DNA from: Tubulanus polymorphus
Taxonomy: Eukaryota; Animalia; Nemertea
Direction of reading: 5' to 3'
Length of the DNA stretch: 64,000 nucleotides
NCBI RefSeq assembly: GCF_964204645.1
Contig: NC_134033.1
Coordinates: 8,440,655-8,504,654, forward strand
Below are positions 33,650 through 46,632 of this stretch, one piece after another. Each line of letters starts with the position of its first letter. Position 1 is the stretch's first letter. The notes under the pieces were generated by a model. That model was not told the origin of the DNA. It saw nothing but the letters and a program-made list of their open reading frames with translations, and searched no databases. The position numbers and the translations under genes are program-made.

Positions 33650-34896
33650 TTAATACATAACACTATCTAATTGTGAATTTACAATATTTAATTGTGCGTC
33701 AGATATAATATAAATGTGCATTTCAAAATTTTTGATTCCTTTATTCTTTGTCATGAATAATTGTATTCCATCTTTAGTGTTCTGTAATTTTTTTCCAGAA
33801 CCATGTAATGAATTATCCTCTGTTGTTCTAAAATCTAACCATAATGCATATTTATTACCGGTATAATAATCAATTTGATTAATGTTACAATTTTCAGATG
33901 ATTTTACTTTTTCATTCATAAAATGTTTTCTAATTTCTGGCCATTGATCAATCATTCTCATTCCTTGACAAAATATTTTATTTGCTATTCCTTCGATAGT
34001 TATTTCTACTTTTGTTATTTCAGGATTATAATAATTATCAACATTTATTGCGCCATTAGTATATGTTGCAATGGTAAAAAATATTAATATACCTTTAATA
34101 GATCTTCTTGGGAAGTTAATATTCTCATTAATAATTTCATCATTTGCATTAATAGTTACAGTTTTAAATTTATCAATATAATCATATAATAATGAAAATC
34201 CTTGATTGTATTTAGTTTGAATTATACTTGAAATATTTTCATCAGTTACTGTGTCATATTCTAAACATATATTCGATAATTTATAACTCATTTCTTTATT
34301 AACGCTAGATATTACAATTTCATTTACAGGAGCAAATGTTATTTCGAATATAACGTCTTCTTGAATTGCGTATTTATATAAAGGTGCATTGTTATTTATC
34401 AATTCAAAGTCTAATGGAATTTTATATTTGCTTCCATATATACTTTTTATCAATTTATCTACAGCATTAGTTAATATTGCGCTATTAGCTTCTGATCTTA
34501 ATTTATTTTGGTTTTCTGATTGGATGCCTTGAAATATCATATTATTTCTATTTTCTTTAGTTAACCATAAATCTTTATAATGCATAAATAAATTATAATC
34601 ATCTAATGAGAAAACTGTTTCTGGACCAATCTTTATTGTTAACTTTTTAATCAAATATCTCCCAACATTATCAACAACATAATTATTATTATTACCGATT
34701 ACTTTTATATCGGCTGATAAATAAATACTATTTGGAACATAAAAAGTATTTGTGTTAATCGAGGAATTCTAACATATAAAGTTTCATCAGGATTAATATT
34801 AGAAGGGTTATGAGTAATTATATGATGTGATCTTTCTGCTTTAATAGCATTAGATATTCTATGATTCTTAGAAGGATTGATATAACTCCCACTCAT
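33650..34896 (-). pseudogene. Major capsid protein (double jelly-roll type) of P2; one frameshift near 34740
   Basis: ~415 codons; THNPSNINPDETLYVRIP, YNPEITKVEITIEG and YALWLDFRT..LHGSG resemble invertebrate Polinton MCPs. Confidence 0.8.
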
Positions 34897-34916
34897 TTAT
34901 TTAACAAAAAAATTAA

Positions 34917-36381
34917 TTATTTATTTTTTATCATGTTTACTAAACCAAAAATAATAGCACTTACAACTGTAATTAAAAATAAAATAATATGTTCAGCAGC
35001 AAAGTTAATAATGTTTCCTGCAGATTTCAATATAAAACCAACAATTGATGCAATAATTCCTGGCAATGCTGCAGCAGATTTCTTTGATAGTTCCCATAAA
35101 TATTTTGCTAATTTCTTTAAACCATCTTTAACTTTATCTTGTATAGAATTATTATCTGGAGGTTTATCTGGTTTCTGGAGGTTTATCTGGTTTATTGGGA
35201 GTAGGAGTAGATTTCAAAGCATTTGATATAGCTAAACCAATTGTTGTAAATAACATAGTTACAGCTGTTAGAATTGAACGAATTGTTATTCCTTCAAACT
35301 TAAATAATAATTTTATTCTATCTTTTAGTGATATGTCAGAATTTGGTTTTAGTATTAACTCTTTAACAACAACTTTTAATCTATTAATACAATAATCATA
35401 TGATTTTAATAATAATTTCATTTTTTCTTTCTGAAATTCTATGTTATATTCTAAATCATCAATTTCTTTTTCTAAATATGCATTTCTTTTTTTAAATTCA
35501 ATTTCTTCAATAACTTTAAATTCTCTATCTAATTTTAATTGTTCTAATTCTTTTCTGGTGTCAAATAATTTATTTTCTAAAGGTTTAATTTTATTATATC
35601 TAATATGTTTTTCGCGCGCAATTTTATCAGCTTCATTTCGTATACTTATCATTTCTCTAATTGTTTTTTTAGAAAACATACTTAAAGCTTCTATTTCTTG
35701 ATCTGTTGCATCAAGTAATCCATTCGGTAAAAGTTTTTCAGTTTGAACTTCGTTTGAGTTAAGTTTACTAGTTTTGGAAGTTTTATTCTGTTCAGAAGTT
35801 GTTTCCGGTTCTAAATTATTATCGATTGTTTCAAATAAGTCATTAATTCTTTGTTTAAATACTCTTTTATTTTGATTTATTTCTTCTTGTGTTACATCTT
35901 CAATTTTATTACTATTTATTATTCTCTTAATTCTAGATAGTAATGAGTCAGACTTAAGCAAAGTTGATTTTGCTATTATTTTGTCTTGATTTTTATAAGA
36001 GATGTTAATATAATAATCATCTTTCAATTTATAATAATATTCACCATCTAAAAACTTTAATTCTTGTACTAAAAGTCTGGCGCCTTTATCATTTATATTA
36101 TATCCAGAATCTTTAAATACATGTTGAAAATCATACATAAATTCAATATTTTCTAAATTTTGTCTTGATAAACCTTGATTTTCATTTTCAGGATTTATTC
36201 TCGATCTAGTCCTTCTATCAAATTCATCTGTTGATGGGGCTTTAGAACCACTATCTGCTAAATTAGAATTATATGCTGATTCATCATCATTATCAATATA
36301 AGTTTCATTAAAATCAGGTTGTGGTTCATCACTTATACCAGGGGCGTCACCAAAAGTAACCAATGGAATTTCTTCATCCAT
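34917..36381 (-). pseudogene. Large coiled-coil/membrane protein (frameshift near 35165)
   Basis: Ortholog of 12562-13987. Confidence 0.7.
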
Positions 36382-36397
36382 TTATATAATAAAAAAA

Positions 36398-37789
36398 TTA
36401 AAATTTAAAATATAATATTCAATATATAATATACAAGTTATAGCTAATTTTGCATTTTCATGGGATTTATTATCATCATTTAGTTTAATTATATCATGTT
36501 AATATTATCAGTTTTAAAATTTTCTGATGTATTGTAATCTTTTATTTTAGAATCATTATTTAATTTAATATTATTAGTTTTAGTTTCTGTTGATTGAATG
36601 TGTTTTTTATTTTTTTAACCTTCCATTAATTTTGGAGCAGTGATAATCTTTTTATTTATATCATTCAATCCAAATGAATTATTTATTGTTGCAGTTTTAA
36701 TTAGATTATTATAACCAATTATATTTCCCATCTTTAATACTAAATCATTAGAAATAATAAATAGATTAGGGCCTATACAATAATTTAATCTAATATGTGA
36801 TTTATCTAAATAATTTTGATATCTTACAATGTTTTCCGGAATCGATCTATTTTTATCATTATGAATAGAATCTTCAAATAATACTTTGAATTGTTTCTGT
36901 GTATCAAATGATGTATTTAAATTTCCAATTATTGGGGATCTTGTTTCAACTTGCGCACCTAAAATACATATCGAATAAGTTCTAATAGATTGATTTATTC
37001 TTTGTATTCCAGCTTTAGTAAAACCTTCACTATTTTCTAAAATAAAATTAACCCAACCATCATTATTTTGTTGTTGTTTGATATAAATATAATATTTTGG
37101 TATTTCATTCCATTCAAACGTTTTTGAGTTTGTATTTTTTATTTCTTTTCTATATTTTTAGTATAAGGCACAGCAAAACCTCCGATTGGAAATGATGAAT
37201 TATTCATTGCATCCAAAGCTTTCTCTACTTTAGATAAATCTCCCCCTGTAATTGTTCCCATCTTTGATCTAAAATCAGAATTATTTATATCTATATTAAA
37301 TTCATTACATATTTTATAATACTATAATAAATTAATGTTATTATCTAATTCTTTAAAATATCTAGACCCTGGTAAAGGACACTCTAATTCATTTAATATT
37401 AATCTTATTTGAAAGTATGTATGAAATCTAAAGAGTGATAATATTAATGGTAAACTTGGTTTATTTAAATGATCATTCCAACTTATTCCGCATCCTGTTG
37501 TTGCGCAATAAACAGCAAAATTTAATTGGTTTTGCCAGAATTGCATATTTGATTTTAACATCCATAATTTTGCTTTACTTAATTCTTTTTCAAAATTAAT
37601 TTCATAAACATTGAATATATTTTCCATCTTTACATGAAAACTATTACTTTCAGTAACATAAATATATAAATCAATTAATGAATTTAAAACTTCATTTCTA
37701 TATGTAATATCTTTATTAAAATATATTGCTGGAATATTATATTTAATTGATTTATTATATTGGAAAGCTTTTGGAAAACTATCTGCCAT
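36398..37789 (-). pseudogene. Conserved WQNQLNFAVYCATTGCG protein
   Basis: Ortholog of 10471-12545. Confidence 0.75.
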
Positions 37790-37805
37790 TTATATAACTA
37801 AAAAA

Positions 37806-38240
37806 TTAATAATTAACTAATTCTTTTAATAATTTATCTTGTTCTTCAACTGTTATATGGCCATTTAAACTTATTATATAATCTAGTGTATTCTTTAATT
37901 TATTAATTTCTTTTATATTAGTTTTAATTTTTTCTTTATTACTTTTTATATTTAATTTTGAACTTATACCAGTTAATACACTTGAACTTAATCCTAATAC
38001 ACCAATTGATATAGCTAAAGGTGTTAATGGGCTGAATATTGCTAAAAATGTTATTACAGAACTAATTGTAACCGAACCACTTATAATCAAATAATATATA
38101 ATTTTAGATTTTAAATATTTTTTCTTTTTAACTTTTAAGTCACTTTCAAATTCTAATATTTGTTTTTCTAAATATGTTTTTAATTTAGTTTTACTGATAT
38201 CATGAGGAATAATATCAATATTATCAACTTTATCATCCAT
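37806..38240 (-). CDS. Polinton membrane-associated protein
   Basis: Ortholog of 10020-10454. Confidence 0.75.
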   Translation of the reverse strand: MDDKVDNIDIIPHDISKTKLKTYLEKQILEFESDLKVKKKKYLKSKIIYYLIISGSVTISSVITFLAIFSPLTPLAISIGVLGLSSSVLTGISSKLNIKSNKEKIKTNIKEINKLKNTLDYIISLNGHITVEEQDKLLKELVNY

Positions 38241-38260
38241 TTATTTAGTAAAAAAAATTA

Positions 38261-38678
38261 CTAATTAGTAAACTTATAAGCAACAAATATAACAATAACA
38301 GTTCCGCCTAAAATCCATATTATTTCATATTTCTTCTGTTCATTACTTTGGGTATAATAATCTGATAATTTAGGTTTGTATAGATTTTTCTTTATTGGTT
38401 ACCGCGTTATATGAACTCATTGCATCATCAACTGATTGAAAATCTCTATGTGAAATCTTCTGATCATATAATTCCTTGTTAATATAATCCATATAGTTTT
38501 GCCTCTTTTCTCTATATTCTTCTGCTGCTTTATTATATTTCTCTAATGCTAAGTTATGTCTTTTTTGTTCTGTTAATGAACCATTTTTATCAATATGCTT
38601 AAATAAATATCCGCCACCAGTAAATGCTAAAGCGTTAACAATTGCCGATCCTATAATAGTTACAGCAGCAGAAGCCAT
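38261..38678 (-). pseudogene. Small hydrophobic protein (frameshift)
   Basis: Ortholog of 9577-9999. Confidence 0.75.
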
Positions 38679-38702
38679 TTATTTAGTAAAATAATTACGC
38701 AT

Positions 38703-38924
38703 TTATATGGGAGGAATATATTTTTGTTTTTCCAAATAATCAATAGTTAAATTAGATAAAGTTACTGCTAATGTTAATTTTAAAATATCATTTATATCAA
38801 ATCTATCAACATTAACACTTCCCATTTTAAATACTTTTTTTAATGCCATTGAATAACCAACAGTTCCAACTGATAGTAATGCGCCATTATATAATCCAGT
38901 TATTATCCACTTATTATCACTCAT
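38703..38924 (-). CDS. Small hydrophobic protein
   Basis: Ortholog of 9327-9548. Confidence 0.75.
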   Translation of the reverse strand: MSDNKWIITGLYNGALLSVGTVGYSMALKKVFKMGSVNVDRFDINDILKLTLAVTLSNLTIDYLEKQKYIPPI

Positions 38925-38978
38925 TTATTTATCAAAAAAATTACTATCATCAAAATATTTAGTTAACTCATTTATGAA

Positions 38979-39263
38979 TTATTCAACATTTTTTTCATTA
39001 CTAGTTTCATTTGTATATATTTCAATTATTATTTTTTTAATATCATCAATAATTCCATCTTCATTTAATTCATAATATTCTAAAGGTGATTTGATTAAAT
39101 CAATTACTTTTTCTATATTATAATTTTCTTTATTAATCATTGATGCATTGTTAAATGATTTACTTTTTATATCAGTAATTACATCATTTAGTTTAATTCT
39201 CATTTCTTTACCATGTTTAAAATCAAACCCAAAACATATACTCGGTCCAACAGTTATATTCAT
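38979..39263 (-). CDS. Small hypothetical protein
   Basis: Ortholog of 9000-9302. Confidence 0.7.
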   Translation of the reverse strand: MNITVGPSICFGFDFKHGKEMRIKLNDVITDIKSKSFNNASMINKENYNIEKVIDLIKSPLEYYELNEDGIIDDIKKIIIEIYTNETSNEKNVE

Positions 39264-39280
39264 TTATATAGTGAAAAAAA

Positions 39281-40040
39281 TTACTCTCTACATCTTATAA
39301 CTAATTCATAAATTACAGGGAAATTATTTAAATCAATTAAGTATCCATTGTGATTTCTAATTTCTAATCTAAAATTATTAAAACGAGGAATGCATGGTTT
39401 GAAATCACATTCTGTTAAATTATAATTTATTTGCGTTCCAAATTCTTTAACATTCTTCAATGGTAAAATGTTTAGTAAACCAGAATTACAAGTTATATCT
39501 TTAGTTGCTTCGAATGTTTTTGTAGGATCGATTAAATTGCAATAGATATAAAAGTGTGTAAAAGGTATTAAGTTTGGTGTAGCATCAATATTTGTAAAAG
39601 ATTTATCTGGAGGAATTCCTAACAGTTTAGCTATAGGTTTTTTTTACCATAAATGCATGTATTTCACTATTAGACAACCTTATCTTTATTTTGTCAGTAC
39701 TCTCACTTTTTAAAAATCTAATATTTAACCCGGAATTATTACCTGACTTGTGCCAGGCTTTTCTATTAATTTCTTGTGCCAATGTATCTAAATTATATAA
39801 CCCCGGTTTTAAATATATATAGGCCCATTCATTTTTATTTTTATTAAAAATTAAAAAAGCTCTATGTTCAATAGTTTTATCCGATATATTATAAAAAGAA
39901 TTACATAAACTTATATTAACTAATTTTAAATCGACACAATTCTTAAATTCTCTATCTAATTGTACTAGTAAATTATGTGATTTATAATCTGTAAGTCTTC
40001 TAGAATCAACAAATATTCTGTATTCTTTTAATTCCACCAT
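39281..40040 (-). pseudogene. Putative minor capsid protein of P2 (frameshift in an A-run)
   Basis: Ortholog of 8197-8983. Confidence 0.6.
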
Positions 40041-40093
40041 TTATTTTACATATTTTCTTATTCGAAATCTATTTCATGGTGCCCCTTTTCATT

Positions 40094-40411
40094 CTAACCT
40101 TTGTATACGAAATAGAAATCTCCAGAACATAATTCTTCTAAGTCTTCACTTGATAAACTATGAAATCTATCCGGTAAATATGTTCTGAATTTATACGTAT
40201 TTCCTTTTAATCCTTCATATTCTAAGTGTATAACTAATTCATCTCCATAATTATTAGTAACTGTATCCATATTTGTAATTAGATATTTCTTATGGATTGT
40301 TAATTCCGTTAACTTTTTGAATTTATAATCTACAGATTTTACATTTGTTATATCTTTAATTCTCTCTAGAAATAATTTGTTGTTCTCACTGTGTGTTTGT
40401 TTACTCTCCAT
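40094..40411 (-). CDS. Small hypothetical protein, possibly an OB-fold ssDNA-binding protein
   Basis: KLTEL...Y.I....VTNNYG..LVIHL...TYLPDRF pattern; immediately downstream of polB; fold is a guess. Confidence 0.4.
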   Translation of the reverse strand: MESKQTHSENNKLFLERIKDITNVKSVDYKFKKLTELTIHKKYLITNMDTVTNNYGDELVIHLEYEGLKGNTYKFRTYLPDRFHSLSSEDLEELCSGDFYFVYKG

Positions 40412-40440
40412 TTATTATACATATTTTTATTAAAATTTGA

Positions 40441-43400
40441 TTAACACGTTAGAATTCTTTTCATTATCTCTTTCTCTTTTGTTTCTTCTCTTTTAAATTT
40501 TAAGTATTCATCTAAATTGCAACCATATGCAACTGTATGAATTCCATTATCTAAAATATTTCTTTTATCATCAAATGGGTTTAGACTTATCTTTTCAATT
40601 TCTTCAATAAACATTTCATGATCTTCAGATCTTAAACATCTCATCTTATGTTTTCTAACTTCTTCATTGAATATACAATTGATGTAATCTTTGAAATGAA
40701 TATTCTCTTCTACTACACTTTTGGTTATTCCTTTTAACTTTTTAGCTTCATGTTCTTTAGTTTTATATGAATACATTTTAGATCTAATACCTATGAACTC
40801 TATCATTTCTTCACCACCTAATTCATCTTTGAATTTACCGGGAACTTTTTTATTATTATTGCTAAACAATTCATGATCTTTAGGATAGTTACTGAAATCA
40901 AAATGATGTTTTAATGTTTTTAAATCAGCAGTTATGTTATCAGTTTTTATCTTTAATATGTAACTGTCAGTATCAAAATATAATATTTCTATATGTTTTT
41001 CTCCAAAAAGTGGTTGTAATATATTATAATAGAATTCATACATTAGTAATTTTGATAATTCTAAAACTGAAGCGCCAACATAGATTGGTTTATTAAATTT
41101 CATTGATGTTCTTCTCATCTTAACTGCAGCTAAATTTTCATCAAATATTCTGTTACCTAAAAACTTAGGATATGATTGTAAATGTCTAATTCTTTTACCA
41201 TTACTAACTAACTCAATATCATTTTTATTTCTAATATTTTCACAAGTCTTACCATAGAATGCATTATTTATTAACTTGAAGAAATCTTTTTCGAAATCAG
41301 TTTTAGCTTCAGTTCTCTGTTTGGTGTTAAAATCTATATATTTTTCTAACCACTTAGATTGACTAAATGAAATATATCTATGTACTTTTTTTAGAACCAT
41401 TCCTTGATTCAAATAAAACTTTAACATTCTATAATGTACTACATAATTATATTTATCTTCTTGAGTTACCATTAACTTTTCTGTATGAATATGATTTTCG
41501 GGTTTAATTCTTTTTTGGTAATTTGATAATTCTTCATGAGTTACGGTTTTATGTTCGTGGCAGTAAGCTAGATTTCTAGATTTAAATTTTTTATCTTCAG
41601 GATATTCTAAATCTACAACAAAGAAGTAACCAGTATCTGAATCATCTGCAATATCTAGGATTATTTTCTTCCAATCAAATTTATCATTATTTTCATTTTG
41701 TAAAACTTCAGTTAATTCAAATACTCCATAAGGTTGTGGTTCCATCATTGCCCAACCATACAAATTATTTGCATCTATATATAATAACTTATATCCGGGG
41801 TTATCATTTACATTGAAATATCTATCCCCTAATACACCTGAAACTCCTCCTCTTATAGATTTTTCAAATAATAATAATTGATCTATATCTGTTAACAAAT
41901 CCATTTTTATATCTGTAAATTTTAATCCACAATCCCATGTTAATCCTGGTGATGAATAACAATGACAAGGATCAATATTGAAATATTTTAGGTTTACATC
42001 TCTAAACCTTTCGAATATATCCGATAATAATAATACATCTGATTTTAAATATAAATCTACTAATTGCCCATGATTTTCTATTTTGAAATGATTCCAAATA
42101 TTCAATGTTCTATTATATGCTTCATCTTTAACATATTCATTTTTTAATTCATCATAGAATTGTTCTTTCAATAATTCGGTTATGTTAAAATCATTATGTG
42201 ATTTATAAAATGAATATGGAATTGCGCCTTTATATCTCATTAATTGAAAATCATCATTATTTGGGTAGTGTTGTTTTGATATCTTTAATTCATCATCAAC
42301 TAATGATTTTGATAAGTTATCTAATGAACTATTTAAAAATCTATATGAATCTATAAATCTTAGGCAACCAAACTGGAATGATATATAATTCTCAGATGTT
42401 TTAGCTAACATTCTAAATTTATAAGTTGGTATTTTATCTTTTGATCTATTTGAATTTAATCTTTCTATTTCATTATTAATTTCTTCTATTTTATGGCATA
42501 ACTGTTTGATGAATAAATGTGCATCATATCCAGATAGATTATGAAATAAACCTGGTACAAAGTTAATTTTCTTAGCTTGTAAGTTACAATTCTCATGTGC
42601 AGCGCCTCTAAACTTTCCATTCAAATGATCATGGTCTCTTACTTTTTTATCTTTATAATTAAATATCTTTACACAATAATAACATTTATCTGCAAACTCA
42701 AATTCTTCTTTATCTTCTTCTGTCATTATAATTTCTATATTTGTATATATTCAATAATTTACTAAATCTTATTTCATATTCAATTAATAAGTCACAAAAA
42801 TGATTGATAACATTTTCATTTCTATAATGATAATATTCACTTTCAATTAGTTCTGGATAATCCGATTTTATATATAACCCGAAACCTGCAGCTGATTGAT
42901 GAATCTTTTTAATAGTATTTGTTTTTGGTGGTTCTTCAGAATAATCATTTTCATTAGAATTTAATTTCTTTCTCTTATAATATATTTCTTTTCTATCTTG
43001 ATCAGTTAATTCTTTATTTAATGATTCAAAATCTCCATATATAACAAATGATACTTTATTTTTGTAATCATATTTTTTGAATTCTAATATTTTATCTTTT
43101 TCATTTGATAAAACTAATTTACAATAATCATGATTTTCACATAATTGTTTATGATTTAATAATGTACTTTCATTACTGAATCTATGTAAACATTTTCTAC
43201 AAAGATATATTTTATGGTGATCATTTTCTGATTTAAAAAATAAATCGATTTGTTTAATCCACATATAATGATTCTCATAATATAATATATCTATAACATC
43301 ATTTGAATCATAATCTTTTGATAGATATAAAGGTTATAATGTATAATGTTTTATGTTGTTACCTTTTGTATTTGGTAATTTGATTAAATCAAATACATTT

Positions 43401-44478
43401 ATTCTTAAATTATTATCTCTTTCTATTTTTGGGATGTTTTTAATTATAACAGGATACTTATCTATCTTATAATTATTTTCAAATTGTTTATAATTTGTTA
43501 ATCTATAAGTATGTTTATTATAATCTTCAACTGGATGTAAACAACTTATTATAGCCCATAGAAAACATTTATCATCTTCATTTTGTACATTTATAACAGC
43601 ATTAGTTTTAAATGGTAGTTTAATATAACTTCAATATCTGGTTCTTTATAATATGATACATTATTTTCATCAATTGGTTTCGATTTAGTTAACTTATTAT
43701 ATTTTGTGTTATAAACATGTAAAGTTATAAATATTATCTCATCAAATATTAAACCAGACCCTTCAAAATATTTCTCTTCTATTTTAGTTTTTACTTCATT
43801 ATAACATTTATCTAATTTATCATCTATATGTTGTTTTGAAATAATATGTTGTGAATGAGAATTTATATTATATATTGGTTTATCTTCAGATTTTATAAAC
43901 TTTACTTTAACTGATATACTAATTTTAGGATATTCAACATCTGTAATTATTTTTATTATTTCTTTCATATTTTCTAAATGTTTTTTATTTTCTTCTAATA
44001 TTTTACCTTTATGAAATTTAAACTCGATAGCTGCTGGACCAATATCACTTTTAAATGCTTCGGTTATCTCTATATCTTTTTTATTATTCAATGAATCAAT
44101 TTATTTTCTTACATCTTCCATGTATTGTCTTTTATTGGTTAATTTATTTTTTATGCTTTTAATTGTCTTCTGTTTCTTATCATTATCTTTATCAAAATAA
44201 TCTTCACCTAAAATATCATTATTCTTATTTCTAATATGGCTTTTAGATTTTAAATAGTCATTATAATATCTTTTATCACTGAATGATTGATTACATGTAT
44301 CACATTTGTATGTTTCTTTTTCATTCTTTAATTCATCTAATTTAGTTTCTAATATATCATCTTTATATTCTAGTTTCAATTTATTCTCTAAATGTGTTTT
44401 AGTTTTATTGTGTCTTGATTTTTGGGATTTATCTATATTGATATTACATGTTGGACAGTAGTACTTATTTGCTTCCAT
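40441..44478 (-). pseudogene. polB: Protein-primed PolB of P2, intein-free
   Basis: YGDFES, FHNLSGYD, YIDANNLYGWAM, KLINNAFYGK, YFDTDSY; one stop and a few frameshifts. Confidence 0.94.
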
Positions 44479-44536
44479 TTTAATACTAAAATTTTTATTA
44501 AAATTGATTTTAGAAGTTCAATGATTTATATCATGT

Positions 44537-45094
44537 ATTATTTCAATCACACTTTACTAACACTTTTAATGTTTAAAAATCTAACTCACACAAATATGAA
44601 TATTGAAATAATGTTGTAAATATATACTTTTATATTGAATAATCTGTCAATTTAAATGTTATTCATGTATATGATTATTTTAAGAGTAATAGGGGTAATG
44701 GGCTTTCAGGTTAAAGGTTGAATGGTCGAGTACATTAAAAACAAATATTAAAAGTAATTTAAAACTATAATATATTTTCATAACCGTGTGTATTTCAGTT
44801 GAATAATAGAATAATTATTATTATTAAAATATATTTGATTATATGAATTTGTGTATTGTAAATAAATCAATTGGTCGCGGAGCGGAGCTGTAGCGAAGTG
44901 GAGCGACCAATTGATTTAATACAATATGCTTTTTAAATTTAAATTATTGATATCGTAGAATAAATATTTAGTTATAATATAAAATACACACGGTTATGAA
45001 AATATATTATAGTTTTAAATTACTTTTAATGTTTTGTTTTTTAATGAGCTCGACCCTTCGACCTTTGGCCTGAAAGCCCATTACCCCTATTACT
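44537..45094 (-). repeat. Right TIR of P2 (palindrome 44685-45094)
   Basis: Reverse complement of the left TIR. Confidence 0.93.
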
Positions 45095-45765
45095 CACCTC
45101 ACATTGCGCATGTATCTGCGCAGGTTACAACACGTTTTTCTCGCTTCCGAGATATTATTGTAAACGAATACACGTGCTAGGGGGATATTCTTCTCCTTCT
45201 TCCGATATTTGTCAACATCAACTGGTTGATGAAACACAGTGTATAATAGGTGTGCGCAATAAATATATACAGACAATATATTTTGACAACAAACGTATGG
45301 ACTGGAGCAGACGACTTTTTGACGGGTTGCACGGCTCCTATTTTAAACAAATGAGCAAGCGATGTCCTTCTTGTTTATCATTGGAGTTATGGGAGAGATT
45401 ACTGGCTTTCCTGCACTGAAGTTTGGTACGTTATACGAGGATAGAGAAAATCCGGAAGAAAAACACAATACTAGTTTCTTTAATTTAAATCCTTTATTTC
45501 AGACAATCACTTGAATTGAAAAACAGCAATGCTTTTCTTGTCCCCATTCTTTGTGCTACCACGCAAAAATACATGATCATCCACCGATACAAATGTTACA
45601 TCGTATATATTGAATACAAATTAAAGCATAGGCTACAGCTGATTATTTCATTGCAAGCTTACAAATTATGCATTCTGACCATCCTTGTAGGGGCACCTGC
45701 ACCCACCTCCAATTTCAATCGAACCAAATTGCTGTAATTTTCAAGTCATTCAAATAAAGTGAGTA

Positions 45766-46189
45766 CAGTGGAACCTTTTTACAACAAACTTCAGAGGACC
45801 AGAAAATCTGTTCTTAATAATTGGTCTAGTTCATTATAATGCAGTATTAATTATACTTCGTCATATATATTCAGTATGGAGGTACGTTAAGTAAATAATG
45901 TCTTAGGCTAAACAAAAATGATACCTTGTTTCTCCGCAGCGGCCGGGTCATTTTTTTTAAATACAATATAATTTTCAATAAGTTAAATTTTATAGCTGCC
46001 GGGTCAGTTATGGTAAAATTGATCACGATTTAAAAAAAAGTAATGTACAGGGTAGATAGGCTGCCGGTCGGGTCAACTTTTAAGCCGAGCAGACAGAGAA
46101 ACAAGGTATCAATTTTTCTTAGCCTTACTCGTCATGAAATTCTAATATCCAAAATCGCAATATCAGTTTGTTAAAACGATGTTCCACTG
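45766..46189. mobile_element. Tc1/pogo-type MITE containing a Harbinger-like MITE (45906-46124)
   Basis: TA|CAGTGGAAC...GTTCCACTG|TA; inner TTA|GGCTAA..GATACCTTGTTTCTC...TTAGCC|TTA. Confidence 0.6.
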
Positions 46190-46632
46190 TAACTAGATAT
46201 CATATTGAAGTGCTGTGGTTCCATTAAATGATATGATAAAGTGCATATAAAACAGTGCAAAATAAAAATATTGAAATCAAGAGTGGTTAAGTTGATAGAA
46301 GTGCTACATGCTAAGAGTAATCATTTCAAATGATTACTCCAAGCTACATGCATATACTGAGGATATGTACTTACCATCGATAATACATGTACTTACAATT
46401 GATACATACTTTAAACATTCCTAGAATAGATAAGATGATAAAGAAACATTTAATCCTGACCGATGTTATCTAAGATAGATATCATGACAAATTAAAATGA
46501 TATTTGTAAGTCTAGAAGTTTCCATACACCCAATACATTTTCTGTACCGTATATACCGGGTAATTATTCATTCACTGCATGGACCGTTTTGTTAGAATGA
46601 GTTTTTATGTACAAACCACAAAACGATAAAAC

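Larger units (their letters stand above)
26936..45094 (-). mobile_element. Polinton/Maverick-type endogenous virus P2 (18.2 kb, near complete, lightly decayed)
   Basis: Ends AGTAATAGGGG...CCCCTATTACT; 6-bp TSD CACCTC (26930-26935, 45095-45100); ~560-bp TIRs; PolB, MCP, INT, ATPase. Confidence 0.96.
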
